Part shown: piece by piece, positions 58,466 to 64,000 of the stretch
Layout: each line of letters begins with the position of its first letter
Position numbering within the stretch: position 1 is the first letter of the stretch
Origin: Granulosicoccus sp.
GTDB taxonomy: Bacteria; Pseudomonadota; Gammaproteobacteria; Granulosicoccales; Granulosicoccaceae
Reading direction: 5' to 3'
NCBI GenBank assembly: GCA_045106475.1
Contig: JBGCEO010000093.1
Coordinates: 100-64,099 of the forward strand
Length of the DNA: 64,000 nucleotides
Made by a program: the position numbers and the translations under genes
Notes under the pieces: model-generated
Database searches by the model: none
What the model was told of the DNA's origin: nothing
What the model saw: the letters and a program-made list of their open reading frames with translations, nothing else

Positions 58466-59965
58466 TTAAATCGAAATGGGCGGTTCAGCCTGGGCTTTCT
58501 CATTGATAGCCTTGTCTCCATTAGGATTCATATCATCATCTCGCGTCAGGGCTTGCGGATTTTTAGCACCGAAGTACTGGTAGACCGTTGAAGCGATAGC
58601 CAGTGGTTCAGCCTCATAGCTATCTTCAGTCGGTCGGGTGTACTGTCGGTTCTGGTTGGCAGCACCGAATACTTCAGTTTTGCCCACTACCTTGCCAAGC
58701 GCACCAGCCGGACGAATGGCACTGCCTCCCAGCGTGTACAGGTTTTGGTTGTTGCCGTGATCCCAACCTTCAGAGTTGTTCAAATTGACGTTTCTGCCAA
58801 AGTCACCGTGCACCTTGATGATAATGTTGTCAGTGGATCGACTACCTCCATATGCCGAATCAGAATACTTGATGTGTTTGGTCGCAACGCGCAATGCTTC
58901 CATCACTTGATTCATTCTGGGTACGTAATCTTCAATGGCTGAGCTGTGATCATCCCAGCCACCCAGTCCACCGCCAACCGTGATAAATAACGAATCCTGA
59001 TTCTCGACAGCCAGTGTCACTGCGGCTTTTATTCTTCCACTGAAACGATTGTTGGCCGGGTACATGAGATAACCTGTGTTGGGGTCAACGTCGGGATCTG
59101 GCTCTCCTGATGCCTGTTGAGGTGGAGAAGGCAGTGGAGAGTCTGCCGCGTTTTGAAGTTCGCCAATCAGCTGTTCCATGGTGTGCCGCAATTCAAAACC
59201 TTCTGCTACCTTTCTATAGCGAATGCGCTGTGACGTATCAACGACTCGGGCGATCAGTGCATCAAGCTCAACTCCATGATCATCACGGCCCCGACTGTAG
59301 GGATTGTCAAACTGCTCGTCCAGGCTGAGTCCCCTTAATTGCAATGGCAACTTACCGTCAGGGTCTCTGACGAAAGCTGTGCTGCTACCTTCGAAAGATA
59401 TAAAAGGCAAAACCAGTTGATTGAGTCCTTTGCCCCGTAGTTGCGAGGAACCATTCAGCAGATCGCGATTGGCATTGAGCAAGGCCGCAATCGTTGACCC
59501 CATACCTGGCGCAGCATCGATAGCGAGTGAGCCCTTCAAACTCGAAAACACACTGGGTCGATGCGACTGCGTATTGTTTTTGCGACGATGAATGGTACGG
59601 TAGACAGACATATCCCCAGCGGCGAGCATGTCTTCCATCGCATTGCCACCTGCACTGGCCCAAAAGCCATGTTCAGTGACCTGACCACCATCAGCCTGCA
59701 TTTGCCTTAGCTGTTCTGGATACGGGTTTTGTGAATTACGATTGATCAGATCCATGTTGCTCAAGTTGCCAGCCAGTTCTGAGGGACCACCGTAGAGAAA
59801 CACGTTGATTACCTGCGGCATGATGCCTGGCAGTTGGTAATCAGCGCTGTCTAGAATCGGCATGGCGGCGGCTTGATTAACGAATCCAGGCACGCCAAAC
59901 AAACTCGGCGCTGTAGCACCGATACCTAGCAGGGATGTTCTTCTCAAAAAGTCACGACGATTCAT
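58466..59965 (-). CDS. DUF1501 (sulfatase/phosphatase-fold) protein with twin-arginine signal
   Basis: It starts MNRRDFLRRTSLLGIGA and carries GGWDDH and HGDFGRN...GWDHG motifs typical of DUF1501. Confidence 0.8.
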   Translation of the reverse strand: MNRRDFLRRTSLLGIGATAPSLFGVPGFVNQAAAMPILDSADYQLPGIMPQVINVFLYGGPSELAGNLSNMDLINRNSQNPYPEQLRQMQADGGQVTEHGFWASAGGNAMEDMLAAGDMSVYRTIHRRKNNTQSHRPSVFSSLKGSLAIDAAPGMGSTIAALLNANRDLLNGSSQLRGKGLNQLVLPFISFEGSSTAFVRDPDGKLPLQLRGLSLDEQFDNPYSRGRDDHGVELDALIARVVDTSQRIRYRKVAEGFELRHTMEQLIGELQNAADSPLPSPPQQASGEPDPDVDPNTGYLMYPANNRFSGRIKAAVTLAVENQDSLFITVGGGLGGWDDHSSAIEDYVPRMNQVMEALRVATKHIKYSDSAYGGSRSTDNIIIKVHGDFGRNVNLNNSEGWDHGNNQNLYTLGGSAIRPAGALGKVVGKTEVFGAANQNRQYTRPTEDSYEAEPLAIASTVYQYFGAKNPQALTRDDDMNPNGDKAINEKAQAEPPISI

Positions 59966-60036
59966 AGGGTCTATCCGAATAGGTTTATATGTGCAGTCCT
60001 TGGATGACTGCGAGTTTTGTGTTTCTTGATTGCTTA

Positions 60037-61920
60037 TCAGCGCAGTCTGGGCATGTAGTACAGCTCAGGTAGGCGCGATAAATAATCCATCGTAATCACA
60101 GCGATATCATCGAGCCGTCCATTACGTGCGAATGCATAGTCAAATTCACTATCCAGGTGACCATTTTCGCGAAACAGCTTTGTCAGTTGAAAACGCTCGA
60201 CGCTGCTGGCGCGTCGCTGAGCAGCGCTAAGAAACAGATAGTCGACTAGTTGGGAAACAGTCAGATCATCGATCTTGCTATACAGCGCCAGGCTCTGTTC
60301 GTACTCTGCCAATTCGATATCGTACTCGTTCCTTTCTTCAGCAGAGAGTGCATCCACTGCTTCTTGATATTCTTCCACTGCGGCAGCGTGGCTCGCAATT
60401 TCTTTTGCTGTAGCGTCTTGTGCTAATGGTTCTATGGGTCTGGGTGATGGAGCGCCTGGTTGCTCTACACCTAGCGGATTGCGCCAGCGCCTATAGTCCA
60501 GCATCAGCGTTTCGCGTAGCGCTTTATGGTAGTTGCCGAAGCTCAGACTATCCAGTGGTACAGAAGCTACTCTACCTAACTTAAGCGACATGGCGGGCCA
60601 ACCCATTTCGGACATATTGGTTCTCGATAGCGAACCGCGTCCTCCGACAATTCCTTTGAACAAATCAGGATGTGCTTGCCATTGAAGTCGCTTCGCCATG
60701 GGCAGATAGCTTTCTTCGAATGAACGAGCTCGTTCTGTATCTAACAGATAGGTTTCGGAGAACAGAATAGCGAGAAAAATGTCTTCGAAGGTAATCGGGT
60801 TTGTGGCACTTATCGACTGTGTGATTGATAGGCGTTCTTCAACACTATGACCTGTATAGAAGTAGTCCACCAAAACACTGACAACCCGAGGAATCAGTAG
60901 CGGGTGGCTGGCAATAACATCATAAAAATCGCGACAGTTAACAACGTATTTATTCAGCACCAGTACCGGCTCGACATTGGGGTAGTCGGTGTAGGCCAAC
61001 TTGTAGCCTTCTGACTCGTCTGTCAGATAAAGGTCCTGGCATGCCTGTGATGCAAGAGGTACTTCCTTGTCGTTGTCGAATATACCGAGATAGATCTCCA
61101 TCATTTCACGAGTATTGTCTTCCGGTGATCTGAACCGCCGCCAGTTCTGCACGCTGTTCTGGTGTGTGGCAACCATTGCGCGGACACTTTGTTTTCCCAT
61201 AATGCCCAGATCAAGTCGCCGGAACAGGTTCTGTACATCGGTGATGTCTGCGCTATCAATCTCTTCCGCAGGTGAAAACAGGATTGTATTTGCCAAATGC
61301 CATGACATCCATTGTGAAAAGGCATCTCTACTGAGTGGGTAGTGAAACAAGCGCGCCAGTGGCATTTGCTTGGGTTTGTTCTGGTCAAAATAGTAAGCAG
61401 CCTCAATAGGTGCCGATTGCCCTTGATCGTCAAGTGCATACTCATCACCAACGATTTGCTGATCGTGCAGGCTACGAACTTCCGGTGGCAAATCCTGTTG
61501 CAACAGGGCTTTTACTGAGCTTAAGCTCGGTGCTGAGCTATTGCGGGCTGTTAGCACGCTGCCGCCGTCAAGTGAGTAAAAATCCTCAACTGGTACGCCG
61601 CTGTACAGGGTTGAGTACAGTTTATTGATAACGCTGTACTGATCGTCAAGTGACATGCCATTGAATCGGGCATCAGATAAAGGTACCGCTGAACCCTGTG
61701 CCGGTGTGTTAGCTACAGGCGATGCTCCACCCAGACTGGGAGCTTCTGGAGCGCAGCTCTGCAATACCAGTGCGAGAACACTAAGTGCGGAGCTGTGAAA
61801 GAAGAGTTTACGTCGTGGTTTAGCTGTTGCGCTGCTACCACCATCAGGCAGTGAAAATAAGTTTTTATGGCGTTCTGCATCATGCAGGACAGAATCAGGC
61901 GAGATGTGAAGACCACTCAT
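60037..61920 (-). CDS. large exported or lipoprotein-like partner of DUF1501 (distant DUF1800-like)
   Basis: 627 aa. A hydrophobic segment ends in LVLQSC (possible lipobox). It is immediately upstream of a DUF1501 gene, which is the usual DUF1800 position. Only weak motif resemblance is seen (SWHLANTILFS, NTREMMEIYLGIF). Confidence 0.4.
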   Translation of the reverse strand: MSGLHISPDSVLHDAERHKNLFSLPDGGSSATAKPRRKLFFHSSALSVLALVLQSCAPEAPSLGGASPVANTPAQGSAVPLSDARFNGMSLDDQYSVINKLYSTLYSGVPVEDFYSLDGGSVLTARNSSAPSLSSVKALLQQDLPPEVRSLHDQQIVGDEYALDDQGQSAPIEAAYYFDQNKPKQMPLARLFHYPLSRDAFSQWMSWHLANTILFSPAEEIDSADITDVQNLFRRLDLGIMGKQSVRAMVATHQNSVQNWRRFRSPEDNTREMMEIYLGIFDNDKEVPLASQACQDLYLTDESEGYKLAYTDYPNVEPVLVLNKYVVNCRDFYDVIASHPLLIPRVVSVLVDYFYTGHSVEERLSITQSISATNPITFEDIFLAILFSETYLLDTERARSFEESYLPMAKRLQWQAHPDLFKGIVGGRGSLSRTNMSEMGWPAMSLKLGRVASVPLDSLSFGNYHKALRETLMLDYRRWRNPLGVEQPGAPSPRPIEPLAQDATAKEIASHAAAVEEYQEAVDALSAEERNEYDIELAEYEQSLALYSKIDDLTVSQLVDYLFLSAAQRRASSVERFQLTKLFRENGHLDSEFDYAFARNGRLDDIAVITMDYLSRLPELYYMPRLR

Positions 61921-62122
61921 AGACGCATCCTTTGAAACTCGTTTCTTGGCTGAACAGTTTTAGCGGAGCACGATGTACTCACATTGACTAACATTATGGA
62001 AACATGGTGGAAAGTGTGATGAGAGCATCGGTATGGGTGTTAAAGGTAATGTTTAAACCCGTCTGCCTGCCGATTAGTGTGAATACTAAACAGGCACTGC
62101 GAAGCCTACCTATTTTTCTATT

Positions 62123-63010
62123 GTGAACGATTTAAATCTCATTCAACGTGGTGCCATATGGGTCGGAGAGTTTCGAGCTATGGCCAGCCCCTGCGAGATA
62201 CACATAGAAATACGTTCCAGAAAACGCGCACTAGCATTGATGTTGCAAGCCAGGCAGGAAGCATTGCGTATCGAGAAATTGTTTAGCCGGTATCGTCAAG
62301 ACAACGTTGTACACCGAATTAACTCCAGTCAGGGTCGCACAATAACCGTGGATGCAGAAACAGCGCGCATGCTCGACTTCGCCGAGCAGTGTTTCGATCT
62401 GTCAGACGGATTATTTGATATCACTTCGGGTGTGTTGCGAAAAGTATGGCTATTTGATGGTTCTTCGAGCTTGCCCTGTCAGCATGAAATACAGCAACTG
62501 TTGAGCCGCGTTGGCTGGGAAAAAGTGACCTGGCAATCACCTCACTTTTCATTGCCAGCCGGTATGCAGATTGATTTAGGGGGCATCGGCAAAGAGTATG
62601 CAGTTGATCGCACTGTTGCATTGTTGAAGGAGTCAGTAGACGTACCGTTCATGGTTAATTTTGGCGGTGATCTACATGCAGCCGCAGCACCTGAGAGCAC
62701 TGGCGCCTGGACGGTTGGTATAGAGGCCGTTAGTCATGCACAGGGTGTTGTAAAATCATTGCAACTTAAAAGAGGCGCATTGACGACCAGTGGTGATGCG
62801 CAGCGATACGTGCTTAGTGACGGCGTTCGCTATGGCCATGTGTTGAATCCTGCAACCGGCTGGCCAACACCGGATTCGCCTTCATCAGTGACCGTCGCGG
62901 GTAATTCTTGCCTTGAAGCAGGAATATTGTCAACGCTTGCAATCTTGAATGGCAGCAACGCCGAGCGTTTTCTGGATGAGCAGGGTGTCACGTATTGGTG
63001 TCAACGATAG
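62123..63010 (+). CDS. apbE: ApbE-family FAD:protein FMN transferase (no recognisable signal peptide)
   Basis: 295 aa with a GTG start. DITSG and GGIGKEYAVDR are present, and the fold is collinear with ApbE. An in-frame TAA at 62087-62089 prevents any N-terminal extension. Confidence 0.8.
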   Translation: MNDLNLIQRGAIWVGEFRAMASPCEIHIEIRSRKRALALMLQARQEALRIEKLFSRYRQDNVVHRINSSQGRTITVDAETARMLDFAEQCFDLSDGLFDITSGVLRKVWLFDGSSSLPCQHEIQQLLSRVGWEKVTWQSPHFSLPAGMQIDLGGIGKEYAVDRTVALLKESVDVPFMVNFGGDLHAAAAPESTGAWTVGIEAVSHAQGVVKSLQLKRGALTTSGDAQRYVLSDGVRYGHVLNPATGWPTPDSPSSVTVAGNSCLEAGILSTLAILNGSNAERFLDEQGVTYWCQR

Positions 63011-63151
63011 GCCAAAAGCCGTTATGCGCGTCTCAGGCTGATGCCGGCATGATGAATTAATCCATTCTGTAACTCAAAGACGCTGTGGGATGAGCCGATA
63101 AGTTTGTATCGGTTGAGCACTATGATTCTCAACGCTACTCGCAGGTCGCAC

Positions 63152-63412
63152 ATGTTTAGATTCTCACGCTGCTCTAGTGCAAAACTTGTTTTGAGCATTG
63201 GAATGCTCTGTAGTGCAACGGCCTGTTCCACAGCTGGTGATATCTTATCAATTTCTGAAGTGAAACCTTGGGAGCGGGGTACATTAGCCCGTGAAGATAT
63301 GCAGATTGTTACTGATGCGCTTGAACAAAGTGTTGATGAACACATCTACTTTTCCAAGGAAGCATCTACCGGTGGTATGAGCGTACAGGGTGGAGGTTGT
63401 GGTTGTAATTGA
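63152..63412 (+). CDS. DUF4266 small lipoprotein ending in GGGCGCN
   Basis: From ATG 63152 it starts MFRFSRCSSAKLVLSIGMLCSATAC (lipobox). It contains VKPWERGTLA and has the C-terminus GGGCGCN, typical of DUF4266. Confidence 0.75.
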   Translation: MFRFSRCSSAKLVLSIGMLCSATACSTAGDILSISEVKPWERGTLAREDMQIVTDALEQSVDEHIYFSKEASTGGMSVQGGGCGCN

Positions 63413-64000
63413 TGAGTGGATTACGCCATAAACTAGGCCTTGCCGCCTGTACTCTGGTTGCAGCTGGCAGTGCTAACACCCAGGCTGCCGATGGCCCCTG
63501 GCAGGTTGACACCTCTTACTTGTCCTATGTAGAGGCGGATGATCGAGTAGCGGTATCAAAAACGTTGGCTAACCTGACACGCCAGGACGAGCGTGGCACT
63601 CTGAATGTAAATCTGGTGCATGACACTATGTCAGGTGCATCGCCGACAGGTGCCATTCGCAGTACTGATTCTGCTGTCACCTATACAAGTGCTTCCGGTG
63701 GAACCGGATTCAATGCCGGCAGCGGCGGCGATTATTCGATGAGTTCGTTTGAAGATACTCGAATACAGGCAGGCCTTGGATGGGAAAAAGAACAGCGTCG
63801 TGGTTTAACCATCAACTATGGTGGGGCGGTGTCCAATGAATCCGACTATGAATCCTTTGGTGGTAACGTGGGTGTGTCCCGGGAATCTAACGATGGGATT
63901 ACAACCTTTAGTGGAGGTCTTGCTCTGACTGCGGACACTATCTACCGTAGTGATACTGGAGGAACGCCTGAGCCTTTGGGTAATACAGAGCAGCCAAGGC
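63412..64000 (+). CDS. DUF3570 protein (N-terminal part, continues beyond window)
   Basis: My own translation gives MSGLRHKLGLAACTLVAAGSANTQAADGPWQVDTSYLSYVEADDRV...LVHDTMSGASPTGA... It has a signal peptide. The ATG overlaps the DUF4266 stop (TGATG). The frame stays open to the window end. Confidence 0.7.
   Translation, partial: MSGLRHKLGLAACTLVAAGSANTQAADGPWQVDTSYLSYVEADDRVAVSKTLANLTRQDERGTLNVNLVHDTMSGASPTGAIRSTDSAVTYTSASGGTGFNAGSGGDYSMSSFEDTRIQAGLGWEKEQRRGLTINYGGAVSNESDYESFGGNVGVSRESNDGITTFSGGLALTADTIYRSDTGGTPEPLGNTEQPR

Noticed and set aside
63022-63345. A 107-aa minus-strand ORF between apbE and the DUF3570 gene.
   Set aside because: It is antisense to the DUF4266 lipoprotein gene, which has a lipobox and the family-typical GGGCGCN terminus.

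Overview
This is a densely packed chromosomal core region of about 50% GC. By gene content and order it looks like a marine gammaproteobacterium, but that taxonomic call is inference only. I recognise about 70 protein genes. I see no rRNA, tRNA, CRISPR array, transposase, integrase or obvious defence gene.

Gene content from left to right:
- 1-5 kb: hemE (partial), an orphan E. coli-type gltD, yqeY, rpsU | tsaD, plsY.
- 5-14.6 kb: a methyltransferase, then an aa3-type cytochrome c oxidase cluster (DUF2244, coxB, coxA, an untracked 59-aa TM ORF, ctaG, coxC, an inserted LOG-family gene, DUF2909, SURF1, a CxxxC protein, cyoE/ctaB). No ctaA/COX15 is present.
- 14.7-22.6 kb: a seven-gene mrpABCDEFG cation/proton antiporter operon, a CaCA exchanger and an NhaR-like LysR regulator.
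- 22.7-25.5 kb: an OmpR/HK two-component pair and OsmC.
- 25.5-31.8 kb: rpoH-ftsXEY | rsmD-coaD-fdx, and mutM.
- 31.8-35.4 kb: an ABC/ABC-2/GldG-like/DUF4340 operon that runs into mutM.
- 35.6-40 kb: a delta-9 desaturase, rpmG (untracked, 51 aa) and rpmB, folB, a MidA-like methyltransferase, uppP.
- 40-45.9 kb: a patch of small exported or DUF genes, cca, a COG4324 aminopeptidase, DUF3565 and an NsrR-like Rrf2 regulator.
- 46-53.5 kb: gltB with a Bacillus-type gltD, and an NDUFA9-like protein.
- 53.8-58.4 kb: a Tat-less Mo-bisPGD/FeS/anchor trio that fits SoeABC sulfite dehydrogenase.
- 58.5-64 kb: a DUF1800-like/DUF1501 pair and an ApbE-DUF4266-DUF3570 cluster.

Most worth following up:
- The ApbE cluster. 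The DUF3570 protein carries a DTMSGAS flavinylation-type motif, while the ApbE itself lacks an export signal.
- A degenerate 14-bp tandem repeat in the rpmBG 3' region.
- A three-segment alternative-pairing leader in front of gltB.
- Two different gltD types in one window.
- A 21-bp perfect palindrome beside the Rrf2 regulator.
- Small untracked ORFs that fill gaps in the cox and mrp operons.

Nothing here looks like a mobile or defence island. All family assignments come from motif recognition by eye and need HMM or BLAST confirmation.
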